A DNA stretch of 62,388 nt, filler included, from Nemertoderma westbladi (taxonomy: Eukaryota > Animalia > Xenacoelomorpha), in assembly GCA_032718475.1 (NCBI GenBank). It is 4 parts of 4 records of this genome, joined end to end, with 100 filler letters (N's around TTAATTAATTAA, not from the genome) between each part and the next. Parts side by side here need not be neighbours in the genome. Positions count along the whole stretch, not along the records: positions 1 to 17,624 come from JAUCBJ010001369.1; 3 more parts are not named here. One strand, 5' to 3'. The notes below the pieces were generated by a model that ran no database searches, was not told where the DNA came from, and saw only the letters and a list, made by a program, of their open reading frames with translations. A program made the translations under genes and the position numbers. Below, in pieces: positions 1 to 12,744 of this stretch (position 1 is the stretch's first letter; each line of letters opens with the position of its first letter).

Positions 1-910
1 AGTCTGCATGTCTTATTCTTATATTATATATTCCAGTCAGGTGCAAAATGTGTCAAAAAAAATATTGTGTCACCTTGTTTCTTGCATTATACGTGTTTGT
101 GAGGGTTCTGAATTCAATGGAATCAGTAAAAATTTCATAAGAGTTTTCAAACTTGTATTTTTCGCTGGTGGGTGAAAATTGTTGTGCCAGCACCAGATGT
201 TGGAAAATAAGCAAATTGATCAGTAGATAGTATCATCTTGTTTCTTGCGTTATACGGGTTTACGACGGTCCTGAATCCGATGGAATCAATAAAAACAGCA
301 CTGGACATCGCAAACTTGTACTTTTTGGTGATGGGTACGAAATTTGGTGCTAGCACCAAAATTTGTCAAATTACGCCGAAAAATACAAGTAGCAATAATC
401 TGGCATATTAGAAATGTATTCCATTAGAATCAGCGCCCTAGAAAACCTGAAAATGTGATTTTATATCATCGTATAAGTGAATTAAAAATTTTGTGTTCTA
501 ACTGAAAAGTTCTCGGTTACTTGTTTTTTTAATTTTTTTCCTACGCAGAGAGGACTAAACAGCCATTTATAGTAATCATATAAATTTTAAATATTTTCCA
601 ATGTACAGTATTTTGCGCCCCAGAAAACCTGTATTGAAAAACAATCAGCCGAAAAAATGTATCTTTCAAATTTTGTGAAAATTATGCACTACTTGTAATT
701 TTGGTGCTGCAATATAATCACCACAGGACATTTTTTCGAAATTTTTTTTCTCGGTCGGATCCAGACTAGTGATACCTACGTACAAACAAAAAATCAGACG
801 TTTTCGTAAAAATTTGTAGATCTCAGAGGGGGGGGGGGGGGGGGGGGGTCAATATGACCCCACCCCCCGGTATTTGTACAAAATGAAATTCCCTGACTAT
901 TCCAGGTTAA
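1..910. mobile_element. Right arm of a TTAA-terminated non-autonomous DNA transposon (piggyBac-like), left end outside the window
   Basis: Internally repetitive sequence ending GGGGTCAATATGACCCC...CCCTGACTATTCCAGG|TTAA at about 845-910; architecture resembles the complete element at 5190-5682. Confidence 0.4.
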
Positions 911-1340
911 GTGGCAACCTTAAAAACAGATATGGGGGAGGGGACTCTTGACGCGATCAAAATTCATCCCCCCCCCCCCGGGGGGAAATCGACTTAGACA
1001 ACAGATGATAACTTACAACTAAACTTGCAACCTGTTCTATTGACTTTCGGTTATTGTTTTGGTTAGGATAACGTGCCACCGCAGAGTTATTTTTCTAATA
1101 TGGTAGTGAAATTTATAAATAAAAATAGTGATTTCTAAATTTTTTAAACTTGTTTAGAAATATTTCTAAAACTAAAAATTGAAAACGAGAAATTTAAAAT
1201 TATAAATTTTTCTACACACATTGAAATAAGAACACCTACAAATCAGAGAGTAACATCATCCATATTTAATTGTTGTTTGTTTGTTGTTCATTCACCAAAA
1301 TTGAATCTTTAAATCTGATCCAAATTCATCAGTTTCATTT

Positions 1341-4300
1341 CGTCACCTTCAAGGCAGAACCCCCTAAGTCGATTTTTGTAGTTCTGAGATAATCGATAAA
1401 AACTGTTTATTTTTTAGAGAGATGCCTCAGTTTACTTGTTATTGTGTTTTTTGATAACTAAATATATATAGAATTCATATAATTAAACTTTCAATATGAT
1501 TTAGAATTACCTTTGAAATATATTGCGGTTTTTTTGTAAAAATTCTGACTTATGGTGTTTTGCCAAAACAAAGGGGAACACCGTTTTCTGGTATTATCCC
1601 GTAACTATACGATAGTTGCGGGGTATTGCCTAGAAAACAATATATCCTCAATTTGGCAAAACACCATAAGTACGAATTTTTACAAAAAACACGCAAAATA
1701 TATCAAATAATAGCAAAGGCGTATCGTACGTCCTTAATTATTTAGTGCGTAGTGCGCACGTAATACATGTGCGCATTTGTTATTAGCTAATAAGTGCTAT
1801 CTAACATGTTAACTAGCACATGATCAGGTGTTAGTATTACCTGTAAACGCAATAATAACAAATAAGCACATACAATATAGTTAACACACTTGCGCACATG
1901 TTGGAAATTTTTGAATTCAAAATCAAAGGGCTCCATAAGTTTTTGATATTTTGGTATAAATTGCTTCTAAATAAGTACGGGACTGTAGTTAGAATCATGT
2001 ATCAATACAAATTGAACAAAATGCAGCCAAATGCAGAACTATAAGAACAAAATTTAGATTCAGAAGCGGAACTCTAAGTACAAAATATAGCCATGGGTGG
2101 TACTCTACAATAAGAACAAAGTTAGCTACAGGGTTACAGCTACGTTAAAGTAAAGTTCACTTACAGTAGGCATACGTCATGACGAATAATTAATCTGCAA
2201 CTAGTATCTATCAGCAACTTAGTAATCATTTCAGGTTGCCGATCAAGTTGCTCTATGTAAACGCGAACTTTGTTGCTGTTAAAGATGCCTCATATAACGG
2301 AGACTAAAAGTTAATGTTGCTCAAATTAAGTTGCTAGTTGCTGACCAAATTGTCCAAAACGTCCGGCAACCTAGAGTAACTTATAGCAACTTTGACAAAA
2401 ACATTAAATGAGGGATAGATATTTATCAGCGCCACAAACATTAAATGAGGGATAGATATTTATCAGCGCCACAAACATTAGTGTGGGACAAACATTAATC
2501 AGGGTGACAAACATTAATGTGGGACATAAACATTGATATAGGACACAAACAATAATGTGGGACATAAACATTGATATAGGACACAAACATTAATGTGGAA
2601 CACAAACATTAATGAGGGACGCAAACATTAATGAGGGACACAAACATTAATGAGGAACACAAATATTAATGAGGGACACAAACATTAATGAGGGACACAA
2701 ACAATAAACGAGGGACAGATATCAATCAAGGACACAAACATTAATGAGGGACACAAACATTAATGAGGGTCACAAACATTAATTAGGAACACAAATATTA
2801 ATGAGGGACACAAACATTAATGAGGGACACAACATTAATGAGGGACACAAACATTAATGAGATACACAAACATTAATGAGGGACACAAACATTAATGAGG
2901 GACACAAACAATAAACGAGGGACAGATATCAATCAAGGGCACAAACATTAATGAGGGACACAAACATTAATGAGGGACACAAACATTAATGAGGGACACA
3001 AACATTAATGAGGGACACAAACATTAATGAGGAACACAAATATTAATGAGGGACACAAACATTAATGAGGGACACAACATTAATGAGGGACACAAACATT
3101 AATGAGATACACAAACATTAATGAGGGACACAAACAATAAACGAGGGACACGACATTAATGAGGGACACAAACATTAATGAGGACACAAACATTAATGAG
3201 GGACACAAACATTAATGAGGGACACAAACATTAATGAGGGACACAAACATTAATGAGATACACAAACATTAATGAGGGACACAAACAATAAACGAGGGAC
3301 AGATATCAATCAAGGGCACAAACATTAATGAGGGACACAAACATTAATGAGGGACACAAACATTAATGAGGGACACAAACATTAATGAGATACACAAACA
3401 TTAATGAGGAACACAAATATTAATGAGGGACACAAACATTAATGAGGGACACAACATTAATGAGGGACACAAACATTAATGAGATACACAAACATTAATG
3501 AGGGACACAAACATTAATGAGGGACACAAACATTAATGAGGGACACAAACATTAATGAGGGACACAAACATTAATGAGGAACACAAACATTAATGAGGGA
3601 CACAAACATTAATGAGGGACACAAACATTAATGAGGGACACAAACATTAATGAGATACACAAACATTAATGAGGGACACAAACAATAAACGAGGGACAGA
3701 TATCAATCAAGGGCACAAACATTAATCATGGGCACTATCGCCCGACGCACTTAGTATGATTCATGTTACCACTCATACATACATACACACATACAATATA
3801 TTACAGTATGTAACATGAATGGTGGTTGTAGGAGGTAAATTGAAAATATGGGGGTATACCAGCCGGGGGGGGGGGGGGGGGGGGGGGGGTAGCAGCAAAA
3901 CAGGTAGCTGAACAACGTAACCGAACGTCGCTTTCAATTAATTTCCATCTAATTAGGAAGATGGAATGTATACGAAACGGCGGTACTTTGATCGAAGCTC
4001 ACGTCCCTGCCCTATTAATGTTTTGTGTCCCTCATTTAATGCTTGCGTCCCTCAATAATGTTTGTGTCCCTAATTAATATTTGTGTCCTGGCCGCAATAC
4101 GGTTTGTATATATATATGTACGGATGTATGTATATGGAAACATATATAAATGATAAATTACGGGGTTTTGCCAGGCTATTGTTTCTGATTTAAGGGGTTT
4201 TACAGGTTGTTATTTCTGATTTAAGGGGTTTTGCCAGGTGGACTGAATTTCATATACTTGAATTTACGGTGTTTTGCAAGCCAATTTTTGACTTGGGGGG

Positions 4301-4479
4301 TTCTGCCTCGAAGTGGGCATAAGTTACGGGGAACTGTCTTTGGCTTATAACTCAAAAATGGCTGGTAGAAAAGCTTCGGGGTTCTGCCAGACGAAAAAGC
4401 CGATATCGAATTACCCAAAAAGTCAAAAACATGAAAATCGAAAAAAATCGACTTAGGGGGTTCTGCCTTGAAGGTGACG
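1341..4479. mobile_element. Non-autonomous Sola1-like DNA transposon carrying an internal satellite
   Basis: Perfect ~37-bp TIR CGTCACCTTCAAGGCAGAACCCCCTAAGTCGATTTTT at 1341 and its reverse complement ending 4479. 4-bp TSD ATTT (1337-1340, 4480-4483) fits the AWWT target preference of Sola1. Subterminal GGGGTTTTGCC-like motifs at 4160-4390. Confidence 0.75.
2400..3730 (+). repeat. 19-bp minisatellite (ACACAAACATTAATGAGGG)n
   Basis: Directly visible tandem array of about 1.3 kb with recurring variant units; a short inverted array lies at about 4013-4090. Confidence 0.95.
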
Positions 4480-5189
4480 ATTTGTTCCAACTTCTATAAT
4501 ATAAAATACACTTCGTGGTATCAGAATTGTTTCTAAGTAGACTGACATAGATTGTGTTACAGTCTGAGAGTGTTTCACTAATCAGAGGGGATGGCAATGA
4601 TTAGAATTTAAGCATTTTGTAATGCTTACTGCCCCAAAATCCAAATCAGTAGAATTATTAAAGCGCAACATTCATTGTGGATTATATTGAAATTAAATTA
4701 TTAAAAAAAGTTAAAAAATTATTTCCGACTTTGCTATTTCTTCACAACCTGTTTTTGTGGAATCAGAATGGTGGATTACATGGAGAAAATCTAGTACAGT
4801 AGTATCTCTTTCGCACTTTTCAAGAAGAATAATGGCTGATGATGAGAAGGTCTAAGTTACCAGTCGGTCATAGTAGAAGCAAAAGGGGACCAAGTGCGAC
4901 CGGGAGGTTATCCTACCGGGAACCTTAGGCATTCAATGTGACCCGGGTAAATTTTTAATAAAATAAAAAATTTTAATAAAAATTTTAAGTTCTTTTTTTA
5001 TGCCTTTCAGAGTCTCTTATTGGTTAATAATTATGATAATAAAATAATATTAATAATTATTCAGCGAACAGAATAAATGATAATGAAGTAGAAAAGTTAA
5101 TAACATTAAGAACATAATTGGAATCGAATTTCCCTCGAATTTAATTGAATTTTTCACGAACATTTTTCAAGAACTTTACACGCATTTAA

Positions 5190-5682
5190 CCCTATCCATA
5201 CCGGGGTATTTTAGACGCTCAAACTACCGGGGGGGGGGGGGGGGGGGGGACTTTTGGGGACGTAAAGTTTGGAAGCATATAACTTTGTGTGGTGTGATGA
5301 TATTACTTTAAAGTAAAAAGTTTTAGATACAAAATTTATTCCTCTATCCAAATATGCCACACACTAATGCTCAAATATAATATTTATATACTATAATTAT
5401 GTTTAAATTGATTTTAAATTGATATTAAATTGATTGAATTTTAAATTTCCCTCCTACAATAGTTCAGCAATAATATGACAGTTTCAGAGACAGGTCAGTT
5501 TACGAGTCATTTTCATGGTCATAAATAATAATATGAAAATAAATTTTTGTTTTAAGATAAAGAATAATAAATTTTAGGAAAAGTAACGGAATTTCACTTG
5601 CAATAAATGTGGTTTGGCTTTGAACCAAGCAATCAAATAAAGTGCGTCTCCAAAAGTCCCCCCCCCCCCGGTATGGATAGGG
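5190..5682. mobile_element. piggyBac-type MITE
   Basis: TTAA|CCCTATCCATACCGGGG ... CCCCGGTATGGATAGGG|TTAA: TTAA TSD (5186-5189, 5683-5686), CCC/GGG termini and a duplicated subterminal repeat. Confidence 0.9.
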
Positions 5683-7509
5683 TTAACACAAAATCATGTT
5701 CTTCCCTTTTGGCCCTTCCTACTGTGACCATCACCAATGAGGTGGAGTATTCCTTCCCAATAAATGGCTTTAGTTTACCAAAGCGGAAAGCGGTATTAAA
5801 AGTAGGGGCCTAAATAGTTCAATATTTCAATGATAATATTATAGGTGTGGGGGGGGGGGGGAGGAGGGGGGGGGGCTAAGATTGAAGGATTTACTGTATG
5901 TAAAAATAAAGTTGAAAACAAGCAATAAAGCAGTATTGCATGGCATACTTTTCACTTTCCCAATGAATTCCGAAAATTATTTTGGTTTCGTAAACTAAAT
6001 GTAGATTTTCTAATAAAAATTTTATTTATTTATTTTATTTATTATTTATAATAATAAATATATTATTATATATTTAAAAATAATCTAAATTTTTTCTAAC
6101 CATTTAGAAACTTTCCAGTGTACATTTTGAAAAAACCCTGTGCCACCGTACTCTCATAGCCTTTTTTAGTGTGCGTAAGTATTTATACACTTACCTTTAA
6201 CTGATAATTAACATTTTCAGAGTGCTTAAGAAAAATAAAAATGATTCATAAAATTACTTAACCTGCGCCTTTCCCTTACAAAATAATTAACATTACTAAT
6301 TCGCCGATATATTAAGAGATGAAATTCCCCCCACCTGACGCTGACAGCTGGACCATCAGAAATCCTTAAAACGTTTAGCGCTGAAATCGTATAAACAGTT
6401 GGTTATAAGACCTAAAAGAAATAAAAATTCATATGAAATACTTAGTAAACATATTTTAGTGAACGTGTAGTATCGTGTAGTTCAGTTGGAAAATTAATAG
6501 CTCGAACGAAGTGAGAATTTAAAATACAAAAAGAGTATACGAATCAAACAAAATGAGGGTCATAGTATAAGTAAACCATATGAAAATAATTAGTCTTCCT
6601 ATTAATGGTATAACAAACTTAAACGGCTCTTTAATATGTTTAATATCAGTGACTGGTCTTTTGGTCTTGATGTTGAGATCGAAATAAAATCACAAACTCA
6701 TCGGTTATGGGAAAAAAAGTGTTTACAACGCTGTACACCATTATATTATTATATCAATGTAAGTACGGCCACAACTTAAATCGAATTAAAACAACTCATT
6801 TTCCATCAGTACCGGGATGCTATTTACTATCATGTACAGTATATATAAACATTCAAAAATAACTAAACGAATTTGTAATAAGATGGAATACAGTACAAAT
6901 AGGCTGTAGGCCTATAAACAAAATGTTAAGAACAAATATTAAAATATTTCAGGTCTGTGACCTATTGACTTAAAAAGTGTTACTGATTGAATCGTATTGG
7001 ATGTCATTTGAATACAAAAACAGAAATAGTACCGGCACCGAAACTGTTTCTGACCAAATTGTACTTTAATTATTTGATAGGAAACAAACGAATTAAGAAT
7101 AAAATACGATGAATAAACATAAAAATACAACGAAGAAACATGTAAATAAATGTAATTTATCCGTAATTCTGTAATTAGGAATAAAAACACAATAATATTT
7201 ATATTGCATTTCGCCCAGACCGGATTTCGGTATCATTAGGTTTCCTTACCTACTATTCAGCTCTACTACTGTACTGTAGAATTTGTTATTGCAGTATTGT
7301 ACTTATCAAGGGCTTCCTAACTACAAGTTGTTCAACAAGATGAGATATGAAGGTAGTTGTGAGTTTTAAGGGCAATTCCTTAGTCCTCTATAATTTATTT
7401 ATCATGCTGTCCTCCCTGGCTGTTAGCCTCTTTTGGTCAGCTCTGCTGTAGGAGCAGATGATCCCTGAGTCTGTGCTGCTGTATGTTATTGCTGCGTCTT
7501 TGACGGAGT

Positions 7510-7911
7510 TTATTGCAGTTTCGGACTCAGGGTTTTCTTCCCGATGAGGGATTTATGTATATGAGGGATTACTCCTCCACCGGCGATCGTCGCCTTTATC
7601 AGACTGTCTAACTCCTCGTCCCCACGGATCGCCAACTGCAGATGTCTCGGAGTGATTCGTTTAACCCGTAGATCCTTGGAGGCGTTCCCCGCGAGCTCCA
7701 GCACCTCGGCGGTGAGGTACTCCAGTATGGCGGCGCAGTATACGGCCGCTGTGGCGCCGACGTGGCCGTGCGACGTTGTCCGTGTCTTTAAGAACCGGTG
7801 GATCCGTGCCACCGGGAACTGCAGTCCCGCCCGTTGTGATCGAGATATTGCTTTCGCTTTGGTTTTACCGGAATCCTTTCCCGCTTTGCCTTTACCTTTC
7901 CCCGCTGCCAT
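7510..7911 (-). CDS. H2A.Z: Histone H2A.Z (H2A.V) variant, intronless and divergent
   Basis: 133 aa with H2A.Z signatures ([72 protein letters not shown]). ATG to TAA is uninterrupted. AATAAA on the minus strand at 7394-7399. Confidence 0.97.
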   Translation of the reverse strand: MAAGKGKGKAGKDSGKTKAKAISRSQRAGLQFPVARIHRFLKTRTTSHGHVGATAAVYCAAILEYLTAEVLELAGNASKDLRVKRITPRHLQLAIRGDEELDSLIKATIAGGGVIPHIHKSLIGKKTLSPKLQ

Positions 7912-8989
7912 TTCGAAATAATAATATTGATAGGCCTAAATATCTGCCTGTCTGTACAGCTGTAAACTTAGCTACCGGTAGGTCAGTAGAGTACTGGAGT
8001 AGGTAGGTAAGTACTGAAGTAGGTAACGATAGATCAGAAGGCAGGAAGGTACATCCTGACAGCGGTACCGTACAGCAGTTACTGTTGTCAGTTGTACAGC
8101 CACAGGAGGCTATGCAGCTACATACTGTATGTTTGCACGCCCTGCAGGATCATTTACAGATTCTGACTTTAAACAAAACAGGTCTGCAGTGCGCAGTTCA
8201 CAAGAAGCAGTTCTACCGGTGTATATAGATCCTGTCTATAACAATATTTTAATACATACTGTACAATTTTTAGATACGTGATGTGAGAATTAATAATTCT
8301 TTTAGTTTAAACATATTTCGTGATTTTATCCGATACCAAGCTTTCTACTTCGGCCTGCTTAACATTTTTAAATTCAATTTGTGATATTAACACGGCCTTC
8401 TAACTGTCTAAACATCAGGCCTGTTGAGAAGGGAGAGTTGATTCTACCCATATTATACAGTATATGTTTGAACTAAATTTGTTATCATATATATTTGTGC
8501 CTTTGCCTTGTTTTAAATACTTTCAGTTTGTCGTGCGTTTCTTAATTCGTTGTTGTCGCGTTTATATACTATAATTAATCAAAGTAGTATTATTGCCAAA
8601 TATTTCTACCTAACCGTATCTATATTATAATAATAGTTATATATATATACAGGTCTCCATCCAGTAGTGGCGGTAGAGAATCTATCTACTGACTAAGAAA
8701 CTAAAAACTACGGACTAATGGCACAGAAATAATCACAAAAATGGAGTTACCGGTAGCGGTCAACTGTGTAAAAAAGAGGCCGCTTTTTAACACTAGTAAA
8801 TAATATCCAAAAATTAAAAAATAAATTAAGGTTTTATGTCCGAAAGGTGCAAATGCGAATATAATTATTTGGAGTCCAAAAAGTACAGTATACAATCAAA
8901 ACAATAATACGCCAAAATGTGATTAAATTGTTACGTACAAAAAAAATGACGAACTCAACCGAATACTGTATACAGTTTTTGTCTATTAT

Positions 8990-9165
8990 CCCGTGTTATA
9001 TTCAGCGTGTTGGGTTCCCGTGTTATATTCAGCGTGTTGGGTTCCCGTGTTATATTCAGCGTGTTGGGTTCCCGTGTTATATTCAGCGTGTTGGGTGCTC
9101 GTGTTATATTCAACGTGTTGGGTGCTCGTCTTATATTTAGCGTGTTGGGTTCTCGTGTTATATTC
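8990..9165 (+). repeat. 27-bp minisatellite (CCGTGTTATATTCAGCGTGTTGGGTTC)n
   Basis: About 6.5 tandem copies; explains the overlapping repetitive ORFs here. Confidence 0.92.
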
Positions 9166-9899
9166 ACGATATTGTGCTCGTTTTATATAATCTTTCTCAC
9201 TAATTTTTCGATAGACCAAGTCCCTGCAACTCCGTCTGATCCTGATACTGAAAGTACTGTATGTGGATGACGGGTGGTTAATGTTTCCCGGTTAATGTTT
9301 CCCGGCATTCTTCCGCAATCCGGGTAAAAAATTGTTGCTTTACGGTCAGCGTTGCGAGTGGAGTCGCGGTTTCGGTTAATGCTTTCGAGTCATCTCACTA
9401 ATCTTTTTAAAACCATGTTTCCGATCATTATCATGAACCTTTTTGTTGTACTAATCTTAACTTTAATCCATTTTTCTGAATTAATATATAAATATCAATC
9501 AAAAAATATTTAACCAACGCTATTTGAAATGCATTTTTGCCAATTACTACCTTATTACTTTTAGTTAGAGGATCCACATGAAATTGAGACTCAGTCTCTT
9601 GTGGCTATCCTCCTAAAGCCCCGTTCACATCCAACGGTGCGTGAGCGGTAAAGTAGTCTGGCGGTATTGAAGCGGTAAGCCAGCGGTACACTACCCGGAG
9701 CCCGTTCACACCCAACGGTACCGTTGCGGTAACTGATTGTCTATCTGTGGACTGTGAATTCAACAGGAAATTACATTAATTGTTTTAACATTGTTTAAAT
9801 GGGCTGTGGTAAACCGCGCGGTTTAGCGCACAACTACCTGTTGGGTCGTTCACAGTCAGCGGTGTACCGCTGACCCTTACATTACAAACAATAACAATT

Positions 9900-12233
9900 A
9901 CATTACAAAATTTTTCGTTTTCTAAAAACTAATAGTGTGGCAGTGTTGGCTAGATTTAGTAGGTTTTTCAAGACGCTAAATCGAATGTGATTATATTCCA
10001 TATCCAAAAATTGAAGTGGATGCTATTTTTCGTGCACCTAAGAAGTGGGCGTGGCACTTCAAATTTTGAAAAATTAGATATTGTGATATAAATGCCCCTA
10101 ATTTTTTATTTCAATCCTTATAGGTTTTCTGGGCCGCCGAATCGATTGAAAGTAATATAGAAGCCTGAAGACTTAGTGGTTCGCCATTTTTGGTGAACCA
10201 AAATTAGGGCGTGGCACTTCAAATTTTGAAAAATACGAGATTCGGAAAATAAACCAAAATTGAAATTTTAACGCATTTATATAGGTTTTCTAGACCGCTG
10301 AATCGATTGAAAGTAATATAGAAGCCTGAAGACTTAGAGGTTAGCCATTTTTGATGTACCAAAATTAGGGCGTGGCACTTCAAATTTTGAAAAATGAAAT
10401 GAAAAATTTTCGTGCACCAAAAATGGCGAACCACTAAGTCTTCAGGCTTCTATATTACTTTCAATCGATTCAGCGCTCCAGAAAACCAATAAAATGCTTC
10501 GAAATCAAAACTTTAGTAAATTTTCCGAATAAAGTAATTTTGAAATTTAAAAGTGCCACTACTACTAGGATCGGCATGCTGCATTGCAGCTGCATTTTTA
10601 AGAATGCTGTGCCGGCTTGTCAATAAAATTGCACCGCCACAACTCCCTATCACCCATGACATTTGCTAGATCATCCGCATCTTTAAGGCCAGTGTCCTTT
10701 AAGATGAGTCTCAAGAAAGTCATGGGCTGTCCACCATGCTTATTCACTCCATGAGGCTGCCAAAGTAAAAGATTATACACTGGCTGGTCCTCACGGCGAA
10801 AGCAATGTCCTGCAAAGCGGAGGCGATTTTGTTCTAGTGTCAAGCTTGGGGGAACCAATGAGACACCTCCAATGTTATATAGTGTCTGGTTGGATCTGTC
10901 TGCATTGTACTTAGCACAATGAACCCGGCGTAGCATTCTTGTGAATGTGCCATCCAGAGATTTGGTGTCCTCAGCAGTTAGAGCCCAGCATAGACTCCCG
11001 TAGAGGAGTACTGGAACTACTGCTGCTCTAAATAATCGGACCTTAAGTTTCTGATTAATTCTCGGTGACTTCCAAATCCTGGAATGCCTATTCAAGGCTG
11101 CCCATGCCTTTCCATTACGTATTCGAAGGTCCTCACCTGACTTCCGGATCCAAGATCCCAGGTAACAGAAGTCGTCCACATGCTCAAGCATACCATCCTT
11201 TGAGCTTATGCTCATCCGATCAGAGACTTGCTGAGGACTTTCAAAGTTAACTGTCAAAATGTCTTTCTGGAGTTAATAAAAAGACCAACACTAGAAGCAG
11301 CATGTTCTACTGAGCTGCGGAGCCGTTGGGCTCCCTCTAATGATTCTGAGAGTACTCCTAAGTCATCAGCAAAGTCTAGATCAGTTAGGTACTTGGCAGG
11401 ATTTCCTCGACTTCTGGAGCCAGTAGGTGGAGTTATCATCACCCCATCATCATTATGATGATCTAAGGACACATGCGTAGAACATAGTCAACCACAATAA
11501 TGAACAAGAATGGTGCAAGTGTGTCTCCTTGGAGGACGCCGCATAACACTTCAAATGGTTCTGTGTCACCGTCAACAGTAGACACAAATGTTGTCGAACC
11601 ATCGTATACTGATCTGATTGCTGCAATAATTTCATCAGGAATCCCATATAATGAAAGTATGCTGAACATACGTGAGCGAGAGACTGAATCAAAGGCCTTG
11701 AAGAAGTCAACAAAGATAACAGCCAGATGCCTGTCTTTCTGTTTTGATAATTCTTCAATTCCTTCTAAGTGCCAAAATGGGCTCCATGGTCCCACGACCT
11801 TTACGGAACCCATTCTGATTTCCACGGAGCAGTCTCTCAATGGGATCCCTGATATAAAGTGCCACGCCCTAATTTTGGTGGCCCAAAAATGACGTACCAC
11901 TACACTTACATACTTGTATAGAGCATTAGAGTGATCCAAACCAATAAAAATAAATAAAAATAGCCCAAACATAAATAATTACTAAATCACGAATGACTTT
12001 GTAAAATTCGAAAATTTCAAAAAATTTGGTGCTGGAGACCAAATTTTGAGGTTGCACCCTCATCGAAAAGTAGAAATCCAATTGCAACGTCGTTTTTTGC
12101 AAAAGATGCGGTATTAAATTTGGCTAATTCTCAATAAAAATTGGGCCGGTACGTAATGTGGTTGCATAGTTACAGCAACTAAAAACTAGGAAAGGAAGGT
12201 CCGATCCCCCCCCCAGTGGTAATACTCGGTTAA
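9900..12233. mobile_element. Non-autonomous DNA-transposon-like repeat with ~160-bp internal tandem units, interrupted by an RTE insertion
   Basis: Units containing GGCGTGGCACTTCAAATTTTG at about 10048, 10208 and 10369 invert near 10400 and resume after the RTE at 11856. The region ends in ...CTCGG|TTAA at about 12233. Confidence 0.45.
10560..11855 (-). mobile_element. 5'-truncated RTE-clade LINE (copy A), frameshifted RT
   Basis: RT motifs FVDFFKAFDS, GVLQGDTLAP, DLDFADD, FCYLGS and RLRFAGH; (TAG)n tail at 10560; TSD AAAGTGCCAC (10550-10559, 11856-11865); small deletions near 11258 and 11760 relative to copy B. Confidence 0.93.
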
Positions 12234-12744
12234 GTCCGCCAAATAGTAGGCCCTACATAGATTGCACTATCTTTATAGTTTAATGTCTAATTCTTGTTGT
12301 GTAAATGTGTAAATATCGTACAGTAGGCCTACTACAGTAGTATATTAAATATTTTGTGACTGGTATTTTAAACTGTTGTACATTAGTGTTGTTGTTGTTG
12401 TATGTAACATATATTAGTATCTATCATTTGGCGCCAATAAACAGGTTCAAGTTCACTGTAGAAAACTATGTACATTGGAGAGACCATGTTTCCCCTACAC
12501 GAACACATTAACCGGTCCCGCAACTCCATCCGTAACTCTGACCGACAGTGGCGTGGTGGGACAAGGTGAGGGGCCGGGAAATCAGAGGAGCCCACTCATA
12601 AATGACAGATCGCCTCGAATTTTTACCAAACCCCCTCCGTATTGTGCTTACTTCTGTGCTATGTACAGTTGTAGAAGTGCTTAGTATTTAATTTCTTCTT
12701 CTGTAGATACAATAGTCAGATAGTAAGTAAGTTAGTTACACGAA

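Noticed and set aside
2400-3730. CRISPR-like array
   Set aside because: Head-to-tail 19-mers with no unique spacers, in a eukaryotic context.
7652-8006. Antisense ORFs over H2A.Z (and similar ones over SPT16, RTE and CR1)
   Set aside because: Shadow frames of GC-richer coding sequence with no recognisable motifs.
8919-9270. Five overlapping repetitive ORFs
   Set aside because: Translations of the 27-bp minisatellite.
11463-11972. Signal-peptide-bearing RT fusion (MFGLFLFIFIG...)
   Set aside because: Chance read-through from the flanking repeat into the truncated, frameshifted RTE.
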